Shown here in pieces: positions 26,301 through 38,300 of a stretch of 64,000 nucleotides of DNA. The notes below the pieces were generated by a model. The model was not told where the DNA came from and made no database searches. It saw nothing but the letters and a program-made list of their open reading frames with translations. The translations under genes were made by a program, and so were the position numbers. Each line of letters begins with the position of its first letter. Position 1 is the first letter of the stretch. The stretch comes from Nemertoderma westbladi (Eukaryota; Animalia; Xenacoelomorpha): contig JAUCBJ010004672.1 in the NCBI GenBank assembly GCA_032718475.1, forward strand, positions 7,333 through 71,332, read 5' to 3'.

Positions 26301-29300
26301 AGTCCCCCATGGTGGGTTATATTGTAAGTAACGACTAGAGGCTCTGTGTGTCGGGGTCCAGTCCCCCATGGTGGGTTATATTGTAAGTAACGACTAGAGG
26401 CTCTGTGTGTCGGGGTCCAGTCCCCCATGGTGGGTTATATTGTAAGTAACGACTAGAGGCTCTGTGTGTCGGGGTCCAGTCCCCCATGGTGGGTTATATT
26501 GTAAGTAACGACTAGAGGCTCTGTGTGTCGGGGTCCAGTCCCCCATGGTGGGTTATATTGTAAGTAACGACTAGAGGCTCTGTGTGTCGGGGTCCAGTCC
26601 CCCATGGTGGGTTATATTGTAAGTAACGACTAGAGGCTCTGTGTGTCGGGGTCCAGTCCCCCATGGTGGGTTATATTGTAAGTAACGACTAGAGGCTCTG
26701 TGTGTCGGGGTCCAGTCCCCCATGGTGGGTTATATTGTAAGTAACGACTAGAGGCTCTGTGTGTCGGGGTCCAGTCCCCCATGGTGGGTTATATTGTAAG
26801 TAACGACTAGAGGCTCTGTGTGTCGGGGTCCAGTCCCCCATGGTGGGTTATATTGTAAGTAACGACTAGAGGCTCTGTGTGTCGGGGTCCAGTCCCCCAT
26901 GGTGGGTTATATTGTAAGTAACGACTAGAGGCTCTGTGTGTCGGGGTCCAGTCCCCCATGGTGGGTTATATTGTAAGTAACGACTAGAGGCTCTGTGTGT
27001 CGGGGTCCAGTCCCCCATGGTGGGTTATATTGTAAGTAACGACTAGAGGCTCTGTGTGTCGGGGTCCAGTCCCCCATGGTGGGTTATATTGTAAGTAACG
27101 ACTAGAGGCTCTGTGTGTCGGGGTCCAGTCCCCCATGGTGGGTTATATTGTAAGTAACGACTAGAGGCTCTGTGTGTCGGGGTCCAGTCCCCCATGGTGG
27201 GTTATATTGTAAGTAACGACTAGAGGCTCTGTGTGTCGGGGTCCAGTCCCCCATGGTGGGTTATATTGTAAGTAACGACTAGAGGCTCTGTGTGTCGGGG
27301 TCCAGTCCCCCATGGTGGGTTATATTGTAAGTAACGACTAGAGGCTCTGTGTGTCGGGGTCCAGTCCCCCATGGTGGGTTATATTGTAAGTAACGACTAG
27401 AGGCTCTGTGTGTCGGGGTCCAGTCCCCCATGGTGGGTTATATTGTAAGTAACGACTAGAGGCTCTGTGTGTCGGGGTCCAGTCCCCCATGGTGGGTTAT
27501 ATTGTAAGTAACGACTAGAGGCTCTGTGTGTCGGGGTCCAGTCCCCCATGGTGGGTTATATTGTAAGTAACGACTAGAGGCTCTGTGTGTCGGGGTCCAG
27601 TCCCCCATGGTGGGTTATATTGTAAGTAACGACTAGAGGCTCTGTGTGTCGGGGTCCAGTCCCCCATGGTGGGTTATATTGTAAGTAACGACTAGAGGCT
27701 CTGTGTGTCGGGGTCCAGTCCCCCATGGTGGGTTATATTGTAAGTAACGACTAGAGGCTCTGTGTGTCGGGGTCCAGTCCCCCATGGTGGGTTATATTGT
27801 AAGTAACGACTAGAGGCTCTGTGTGTCGGGGTCCAGTCCCCCATGGTGGGTTATATTGTAAGTAACGACTAGAGGCTCTGTGTGTCGGGGTCCAGTCCCC
27901 CATGGTGGGTTATATTGTAAGTAACGACTAGAGGCTCTGTGTGTCGGGGTCCAGTCCCCCATGGTGGGTTATATTGTAAGTAACGACTAGAGGCTCTGTG
28001 TGTCGGGGTCCAGTCCCCCATGGTGGGTTATATTGTAAGTAACGACTAGAGGCTCTGTGTGTCGGGGTCCAGTCCCCCATGGTGGGTTATATTGTAAGTA
28101 ACGACTAGAGGCTCTGTGTGTCGGGGTCCAGTCCCCCATGGTGGGTTATATTGTAAGTAACGACTAGAGGCTCTGTGTGTCGGGGTCCAGTCCCCCATGG
28201 TGGGTTATATTGTAAGTAACGACTAGAGGCTCTGTGTGTCGGGGTCCAGTCCCCCATGGTGGGTTATTGTAAGTAACGACTAGAGGCTCTGTGTGTCGGG
28301 GTCCAGTCCCCCATATGGTGGGTTATATTGTAAGTAACGACTAGAGGCTCTGTGTGTCGGGATCCAGTCCCCCATGGTGGGTTATATTGTAAGTAACGAC
28401 CAGAGGCTCTGTGTGTCGGGGTCCAGTCCCCCATGGTGGGTTATTGTAAGTAACGACTAGAGGCTCTGTGTGTCGGGGTCCAGTCCCCCATGGTGGGTTA
28501 TATTGTAAGTAACGACCAGAGGCTCTGTGTGTCGGGGTCCAGTCCCCCATGGTGGGTTATTGTAAGTAACGACTAGAGGCTCTGTGTGTCGGGGTCCAGT
28601 CCCCCATGGTGGGTTATATTGTAAGTAACGACCAGAGGCTCTGTGTGTCGGGGTCCAGTCCCCCATGGTGGGTTATATTGTAAGTAACGACCAGAGGCTC
28701 TGTGTGTCGGGGTCCAGTCACCCATGGTGGGTTATATTGTAAGTAACGACCAGAGGCTCTGTGTGTCGGGGTCCAGTCCCCCATGGTGGGTTATATTGTA
28801 AGTAACGACCAGAGGCTCTGTGTGTCGGGGTCCAGTCCCCCATGGTGGGTTATATTGTAAGTAACGACTAGAGGCTATGTGTGTCGGGGTCCAGTCCCCC
28901 ATGGTGGGTTATATTGTAAGTAACGACCAGAGGCTCTGTGTGTCGGGGTCCAGTCACCCATGGTGGGTTATATTGTAAGTAACGACTAGAGGCTCTGTGT
29001 GTCGGGGTCCAGTCCCCCATGGTGGGTTATTGTAAATAATGACTAGAGGCTCTGTGTGTCGGGGTCCAGTCCCCCATGGTGGGTTATTGTAAGTAACGAC
29101 TAGAGGCTCTGTGTGTCGGGGTCCAGTCCCCCATGGTGGGTTATTGTAAGTAACGACCAGAGCCTCTGTGTGTCGGGGTCCAGTCCCCCATGGTGGGTTA
29201 TTGTAAGTAACGACTAGAGGCTCTGTGTGTCGGGGTCCAGTCCCCCATGGTGGGTTATATTGTAAGTAACGACTAGAGGCTCTGTGTGTCGGGGTCCAGT

Positions 29301-32300
29301 CCCCCATGGTGGGTTATATTGTAAGTAAAGACTAGAGGCTCTGTGTGTCGGGGTCCAGTCACCCATGGTGGGTTATATTGTAAGTAACGACTAGAGGCTC
29401 TGTGTGTCGGGGTCCAGTCCCCCATGGTGGGTTATATTGTAAGTAAAGACTAGAGGCTCTGTGTGTCGGGGTCCAGTCCCCCATGGTGGGTTATATTGTA
29501 AGTAAAGACTAGAGGCTCTGTGTGTCGGGGTCCAGTCCCCCATGGTGGGTTATTGTAAGTAACGACTAGAGGCTCTGTGTGTCGGGGTCCAGTCCCCCAT
29601 GGTGGGTTATATTGTAAGTAACGACTAGAGGCTCTGTGTGTCGGGGTCCAGTCCCCCATGGTGGGTTATATTGTAAGTAAAGACTAGAGGCTCTGTGTGT
29701 CGGGGTCCAGTCCCCCATGGTGGGTTATATTGTAAGTAACGACTAGAGGCTCTGTGTGTCGGGGTCCAGTCCCCCATGGTGGGTTATATTGTAAGTAAAG
29801 ACTAGAGGCTCTGTGTGTCGGGGTCCAGTCCCCCATGGTGGGTTATATTGTAAGTAACGACTAGAGGCTCTGTGTGTCGGGGTCCAGTCCCCCATGGTGG
29901 GTTATTGTAAGTAACGACTAGAGGCTCTCTGTGTCGGGGTCCAGTCCCCCATGGTGGGTTATATTGTAAGTAAAGACTAGAGGCTCTGTGTGTCGGGGAC
30001 CAGTCCCCCATGGTGGGTTATATTGTAAGTAACGACTAGAGGCTCTGTGTGTCGGGATCCAGTCCCCCATGGTGGGTTATTGTAAGTAACGACCAGAGGC
30101 TCTGTGTGTCGGGGTCCAGTCCCCCATGGTGGGTTATTGTAAGTAACGACTAGAGGCTCTGTGTGTCGGGGTCCAGTCCCCCATGGTGGGTTATTGTAAG
30201 TAACGACTAGAGGCTCTGTGTGTCGGGGTCCAGTCCCCCATGGTGGGTTATTGTAAGTAACGACTAGAGGCTCTGTGTGTCGGGGTCCAGTCCCCCATGG
30301 TGGGTTATATTGTAAGTAACGACCAGAGGCTCTGTGTGTCGGGGTCCAGTCCCCCATGGTGGGTTATATTGTAAGTAAAGACTAGAGGCTCTGTGTGTCG
30401 GGGTCCAGTCCCCCATGGTGGGTTATTGTAAGTAACGACTAGAGGCTCTGTGTGTCGGGGTCCAGTCCCCCATGGTGGGTTATATTGTAAGTAACGACTA
30501 GAGGCTCTGTGTGTCGGGGTCCAGTCCCCCATGGTGGGTTATATTGTAAGTAAAGACTAGAGGCTCTGTGTGTCGGGGTCCAGTCCCCCATGGTGGGTTA
30601 TTGTAAGTAACGACTAGAGGCTCTGTGTGTCGGGGTCCAGTCCCCCATGGTGGGTTATATTGTAAGTAAAGACTAGAGGCTCTGTGTGTTGGGGTCCAGT
30701 CCCCCATGGTGGGTTATATTGTAAGTAACGACTAGAGGCTCTGTGTGTCGGGGTCCAGTCCCCCATGGTGGGTTATATTGTAAGTAAAGACTAGAGGCTC
30801 TGTGTGTCGGGGTCCAGTCCCCCATGGTGGGTTATATTGTAAGTAACGACTAGAGGCTATGTGTGTCGGGGTCCAGTCCCCCATGGTGGGTTATATTGTA
30901 AGTAACGACTAGAGGCTCTGTGTGTCGGGGTCCAGTCCCCCATGGTGGGTTATATTGTAAGTAACGACTAGAGGCTCTGTGTGTCGGGGTCCAGTCCCCC
31001 ATGGTGGGTTATTGTAAGTAACGACTAGAGGCTCTGTGTGTCGGGGTCCAGTCCCCCATGGTGGGTTATATTGTAAGTAACGACTAGAGGCTCTGTGTGT
31101 CGGGGTCCAGTCCCCCATGGTGGGTTATATTGTAAGTAACGACTATAGGCTCTGTGTGTCGGGGTCCAGTCACCCATGGTGGGTTATATTGTAAGTAACG
31201 ACTAGAGGCTCTGTGTGTCGGGGTCCAGTCACCCATAGTGGGTTATATTGTAAGTAACGACTAGAGGCTCTGTGTGTTGGGGTCCAGTCCCCCATATGGT
31301 GGGTTATATTGTAAGTAACGACTAGAGGCTCTGTGTGTCGGGGTCCAGTCACCCATGGTGGGTTATATTGTAAGTAACGACTAGAGGCTCTGTGTGTCGG
31401 GGTCCAGTCACCCATAGTGGGTTATATTGTAAGTAACGACTAGAGGCTCTGTGTGTCGGGGTCCAGTCACCCATAGTGGGTTATATTGTAAGTAACGACT
31501 AGAGGCTCTGTGTGTCGGGGTCCAGTCACCCATAGTGGGTTATATTGTAAGTAACGACTAGAGGCTCTGTGTGTTGGGGTCCAGTCCCCCATATGGTGGG
31601 TTATATTGTAAGTAACGACTAGAGGCTCTGTGTGTCGGGGTCCAGTCCCCCATATGGTGGGTTATATTGTAAGTAACGACTAGAGGCTCTGTGTGTCGGG
31701 GTCCAGTCACCCATGGTGGGTTATATTGTAAGTAACGACTATAGGCTCTGTGTGTCGGGGTCCAGTCACCCATGGTGGGTTATATTGTAAGTAACGACTA
31801 GAGGCTCTGTGTGTCGGGGTCCAGTCACCCATGGTGGGTTATATTGTAAGTAACGACTAGAGGCTCTGTGTGTCGGGGTCCAGTCACCCATAGTGGGTTA
31901 TATTGTAAGTAACGACTAGAGGCTCTGTGTGTTGGGGTCCAGTCCCCCATATGGTGGGTTATATTGTAAGTAACGACTAGAGGCTCTGTGTGTCGGGGTC
32001 CAGTCACCCATGGTGGGTTATATTGTAAGTAACGACTAGAGGCTCTGTGTGTCGGGGTCCAGTCACCCATAGTGGGTTATATTGTAAGTAACGACTAGAG
32101 GCTCTGTGTGTTGGGGTCCAGTCCCCCATATGGTGGGTTATATTGTAAGTAACGACTAGAGGCTCTGTGTGTCGGGGTCCAGTCACCCATGGTGGGTTAT
32201 ATTGTAAGTAACGACTAGAGGCTCTGTGTGTCGGGGTCCAGTCACCCATGGTGGGTTATTGTAAGTAACGACTAGAGGCTCTGTGTGTCGGGGTCCAGTC

Positions 32301-35300
32301 CCCCATATGGTGGGTTATATTGTAAGTAACGACTAGAGGCTCTGTGTGTCGGGGTCCAGTCACCCATAGTGGGTTATATTGTAAGTAACGACTAGAGGCT
32401 CTGTGTGTTGGGGTCCAGTCCCCCATATGGTGGGTTATATTGTAAGTAACGACTAGAGGCTCTGTGTGTCGGGATCCAGTCCCCCGTGGTGGGTTATATT
32501 GTAAGTAACGACCAGAGGCTCTGTGTGTCGGGGTCCAGTCCCCCATGGTGGGTTATTGTAAGTAACGACTAGAGGCTCTGTGTGTCGGGGTCCAGTCCCC
32601 CATGGTGGGTTATTGTAAGTAACGACTAGAGGCTCTGTGTGTCGGGGTCCAGTCCCCCATGGTGGGTTATTGTAAGTAACGACTAGAGGCTCTGTGTGTC
32701 GGGGTCCAGTCCCCCATGGTGGGTTATTGTAAGTAACGACTAGAGGCTCTGTGTGTTGGGGTCCAGTCCCCCATATGGTGGGTTATATTGTAAGTAACGA
32801 CTAGAGGCTCTGTGTGTCGGGATCCAGTCCCCCATATGGTGGGTTATATTGTAAGTAACGACTAGAGGCTCTGTGTGTTGGGGTCCAGTCCCCCATATGG
32901 TGGGTTATATTGTAAGTAACGACTAGAGGCTCTGTGTGTTGGGGTCCAGTCCCCCATATGGTGGGTTATATTGTAAGTAACGACTAGAGGCTCTGTGTGT
33001 CGGGATCCAGTCCCCCGTGGTGGGTTATATTGTAAGTAACGACCAGAGGCTCTGTGTGTCGGGGTCCAGTCCCCCATGGTGGGTTATTGTAAGTAACGAC
33101 TAGAGGCTCTGTGTGTCGGGGTCCAGTCCCCCATGGTGGGTTATATTGTAAGTAACGACTAGAGGCTCTGTGTGTCGGGGTCCAGTCCCCCATGGTGGGT
33201 TATTGTAAATAATGACTAGAGGCTCTGTGTGTCGGGGTCCAGTCCCCCATGGTGGGTTATTGTAAGTAACGACTAGAGGCTCTGTGTGTCGGGGTCCAGT
33301 CCCCCATATGGTGGGTTATATTGTAAGTAACGACTAGAGGCTCTGTGTGTCGGGGTCCAGTCCCCCATGGTGGGTTATATTGTAAGTAACGACCAGAGGC
33401 TCTGTGTGTCGGGGTCCAGTCCCCCATGGTGGGTTATATTGTAAGTAACGACTAGAGGCTCTGTGTGTCGGGGTCCAGTCCCCCATGGTGGGTTATATTG
33501 TAAGTAACGACTAGAGGCTCTGTGTGTCGGGGTCCAGTCACCCATGGTGGGTTATTGTAAGTAACGACTAGAGGCTCTGTGTGTCGGGGTCCAGTCCCCC
33601 ATGGTGGGTTATATTGTAAGTAACGACCAGAGGCTCTGTGTGTCGGGGTCCAGTCCCCCATGGTGGGTTATATTGTAAGTAACGACTAGAGGCTCTGTGT
33701 GTCGGGGTCCAGTCCCCCATGGTGGGTTATATTGTAAGTAACGACTAGAGGCTCTGTGTGTCGGGGTCCAGTCACCCATGGTGTGTTATATTGTAAGTAA
33801 CGACTAGAGGCTCTGTGTGTCGGGGTCCAGTCCCCCATGGTGGGTTATATTGTAAGTAAAGACTAGAGGCTCTGTGTGTCGGGGTCCAGTCCCCCATGGT
33901 GGGTTATATTGTAAGTAAAGACTAGAGGCTCTGTGTGTCGGGGTCCAGTCCCCCATGGTGGGTTATATTGTAAGTAACGACTAGAGGCTCTGTGTGTCGG
34001 GGTCCAGTCCCCCATGGTGGGTTATTGTAAGTAACGACTAGAGGCTCTGTGTGTCGGGGTCCAGTCCCCCATGGTGGGTTATATTGTAAGTAACGACTAG
34101 AGGCTCTGTGTGTCGGGGTCCAGTCCCCCATGGTGGGTTATTGTAAGTAACGACTAGAGGCTCTGTGTGTCGGGGTCCAGTCCCCCATGGTGGGTTATAT
34201 TGTAAGTAACGACTAGAGGCTCTGTGTGTCGGGGTCCAGTCCCCCATGGTGGGTTATTGTAAGTAACGACTAGAGGCTCTGTGTGTCGGGGTCCAGTCCC
34301 CCATAGGTGGGTTATATTGTAAGTAACGACTAGAGGCTCTGTGTGTCGGGGTCCAGTCCCCCATGGTGGGTTATATTGTAAGTAACGACTAGAGGCTCTG
34401 TGTGTCGGGGTCCAGTCCCCCATGGTGGGTTATATTGTAAGTAAAGACTAGAGGCTCTGTGTGTCGGGGTCCAGTCCCCCATGGTGGGTTATATTGTAAG
34501 TAAAGACTAGAGGCTCTGTGTGTCGGGGTCCAGTCCCCCATGGTGGGTTATATTGTAAGTAACGACTAGAGGCTCTGTGTGTCGGGGTCCAGTCCCCCAT
34601 GGTGGGTTATTGTAAGTAACGACTAGAGGCTCTGTGTGTCGGGGTCCAGTCCCCCATGGTGGGTTATATTGTAAGTAACGACTAGAGGCTCTGTGTGTCG
34701 GGGTCCAGTCCCCCATGGTGGGTTATATTGTAAGTAAAGACTAGAGGCTCTGTGTGTCGGGGTCCAGTCCCCCATGGTGGGTTATTGTAAGTAACGACTA
34801 GAGGCTCTGTGTGTCGGGGTCCAGTCCCCCATGGTGGGTTATATTGTAAGTAACGACTAGAGGCTCTGTGTGTCGGGGTCCAGTCCCCCATGGTGGGTTA
34901 TTGTAAGTAACGACTAGAGGCTCTGTGTGTCGGGGTCCAGTCCCCCATGGTGGGTTATTGTAAGTAACGACTAGACCCTCTGTGTGTCGGGGTCCAGTCC
35001 CCCATGGTGGGTTATATTGTAAGTAACGACTAGAGGCTCTGTGTGTCGGGGTCCAGTCCCCCATGGTGGGTTATATTGTAAGTAACGACTAGAGGCTCTG
35101 TGTGTCGGGGTCCAGTCCCCCATGGTGGGTTATTGTAAGTAACGACTAGAGGCTCTGTGTGTCGGGGTCCAGTCCCCCATGGTGGGTTATTGTAAGTAAC
35201 GACTAGACCCTCTGTGTGTCGGGGTCCAGTCCCCCATGGTGGGTTATATTGTAAGTAACGACTAGAGGCTCTGTGTGTCGGGGGGTCCAGTCCCCCATGG

Positions 35301-38300
35301 TGGGTTATATTGTAAGTAACGACTAGAGGCTCTGTGTGTCGGGGTCCAGTCCCCCATGGTGGGTTATATTGTAAGTAACGACTAGAGGCTCTGTGTATCG
35401 GGGTCCAGTCCCCCATGGTGGGTTATATTGTAAGTAACGACTAGAGGCTCTGTGTGTCGGGGTCCAGTCCCCCATGGTGGGTTATATTGTAAGTAACGAC
35501 TAGAGGCTCTGTGTGTCGGGGTCCAGTCCCCCATGGTGGGTTATATTGTAAGTAACGACTAGAGGCTCTGTGTGTCGGGGTCCAGTCCCCCATGGTGGGT
35601 TATATTGTAAGTAACGACTAGAGGCTCTGTGTATCGGGGTCCAGTCCCCCATGGTGGGTTATATTGTAAGTAACGACTAGAGGCTCTGTGTGTCGGGGTC
35701 CAGTCCCCCATGGTGGGTTATATTGTAAGTAACGACTAGAGGCTCTGTGTGTCGGGGTCCAGTCCCCCATGGTGGGTTATATTGTAAGTAACGACTAGAG
35801 GCTCTGTGTGTCGGGGTCCAGTCCCCCATGGTGGGTTATATTGTAAGTAACGACTAGAGGCTCTGTGTGTCGGGGTCCAGTCCCCCATGGTGGGTTATTG
35901 TCAATAAGAAGTGGCTGAAGCGTCGAATAATGAATTAATTTATCATTAATTCTTGCGGTTATAGGGTTTGAGAAGACAGCTCTGCTTTCTACTCCATCTG
36001 GGATGCCAGCTGACGATAGACACGGCCCGATTGGTCAGTCAATGTCCCGTCCGGCAGTAGGTGAGTGCGATAACATTTGCCCCCTAATATTAACTAATAT
36101 TATCTTAGTATTAACTTTTTTTTTGAAAAAAATGGTTTTATTCGGTAAATAGAAATATTTTGTAGGTTGAAAATGTATAACTTTATACGGCGGGTGGGAA
36201 TATTTTCTTAGTATGAACTCTGCGTAACATCCGCTATACTAGCTGGATTTCCGAAAGTACGTATTTACCAACATTCGTTGCTGTATAAATAAATGTAAAA
36301 ATGACATAAATTATGTTATAAATAAGTTAGCTTATATTTATGGTGGCGTTTGGAGCCATGTTAATAATATAGCTGCTACTGGTTATTAGTAGCTATATCC
36401 CGCCTACAGGTAGGTAATGCAGTCGCCCTCGAGGCATTTTATTTACCGAGCGCTAGCGAGGTTACGTTTATTCCTATGTAATACGTAAATATATAAAACA
36501 TCCACAATTGAAAAAAACACTATAGCTACCTCGTAAAATTAACATCTAACGGGAATTCAATAAACAAATTCATTGCAAATTTATGAAGAATTTGTATTTC
36601 TTAAATATTTTTAAAGTATTTTATAGCGCTTATTGATACTTCTTACAGATGCTAATTCGTTTATTGTTTTGGTTAGATTCAACCCTTCTTTAACCTGGTT
36701 TTTTCTGAAAACCTGGTATTCTTCACTTTGTGGTAAACTGCAAAGTGAAATAGAAATATAACATCAAAAAGTACACTATACAGCATGCCAACACATTGTT
36801 ACTATCAATAATCAAAAAGTCTGGTATATACTAAGTAATATGGGCAGCTGTATTATTATAAAAGTATTGCATTGTTGCCCAGCTACGTATAGAGATAAAT
36901 AACATGTTCCAGAATTATTTGTATTTTTAGTAATTTGAATAATAAAACATGGCCCCAAGGCTTCCTCTCTGTTAACTAGTAACTCCGGCTGAATGCCCTA
37001 GAGTTTGGGACGCCAGGCTCTAAACGGTGCTGTTCTAAATATATATAATATCAAACCCAGTAGTCGCCTATTAATTACAACTAATTATCTATTTGGCTAA
37101 TTAAATATGCTAATAATGTCTACAAACATCTTCATATACCAAGTTACTATGCTGTTTTACGTTCTGAGTATTTTAATATTGTCACAAATAACAACTACTG
37201 TAACACTTGAGGACAAATGTCTCGACAAGAAATGTTCCTGCACAGATAACCTCAGATGCGAAGTGAATAGTGTTGCTAAATACTGTTTGTATATGGGGAT
37301 TACCCTGAAACACTACTGTGTTGAATGCACGGATGACATACACTGCAAGGATGGCATTAGGCCTATATGCGGCAAATCTTTATATCGGTGTGTCCAATGC
37401 CGCGAAGAAACCCACTGTACGACGGATAAACCTAGGTGTAATGCCTTTGGTCAGTGCGACAACGCTGTTGGTGAGGACAGTGGCGTCCATGATCTCGGTA
37501 TATCGTTATTCATACTGAGTATAGTTGTGCCGATATTAGTCTGCGTTGTTCTCTGCGTCTGCGTCCCGATATGGGTGGTTGTTTACAACAGGAGGAGGAG
37601 GGAACGAAGGAATCTGTTAGCGACGTCAGGGGCAATGGGACAAGGGATGGGACCACAGGGTATGATGGGACCACAAGGTATGGTGGGACCACAAGGGATG
37701 GTGGGACCGGGAATGATGGGACCACAAGGTATGGTGGGACCACAAGGTATGGTGGGACCACAAGGTATGGTGGGACCACAAGGTATGGTGGGACCACAAG
37801 GTATGGTGGGACCACAAGGTATGGTGGGACCACAAGGTATGATGGGACCCAGTTATGGACCTCCGCCACCAGATTATTCTGCCGCACCTCCGGCTTATGG
37901 ACCCCGATTCACAGATATCGAGAAGATCGAGGGCGACGAATCAACGTCTGCGCCCAAACCGATCCAACAGGAGACCAGTGTTTAATAGCTGCGCCTAGTG
38001 TAACTAAATCTCATGATTTTACTGGGAACTCTGTGTAACAATATAGTATTGGAGCACTTACCAACCCACACCCTGACACCCACTTCATGCCCAAGTGCCG
38101 TTAGCAACCTACATTGTAGTGTTATTGTATTTTTTAATAAACATATTTATTTATTATTATTCATTTTTTTCGCTCGAATTTACCACAAAAATCCTAGGGA
38201 AAAATTAACCCATAGGATTGCATAGGATTTACATAGGATTTACTTTTTTCCCGTCGAAAAAAAGTAAACAAATTTTGGTGGAATTTCTTAAATTTTATTA

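Noticed and set aside
22212-35416. Many [12 protein letters not shown] minus-strand ORFs; CRISPR-like appearance
   Set aside because: Head-to-tail 59-bp satellite with no unique spacers and no cas genes, in a eukaryotic context.
37620-37860. Collagen domain in the GPQGMV repeats
   Set aside because: Gly-X-Y periodicity is present but lies on the cytoplasmic side of the TM helix, is interrupted, and derives from an 18-bp repeat.
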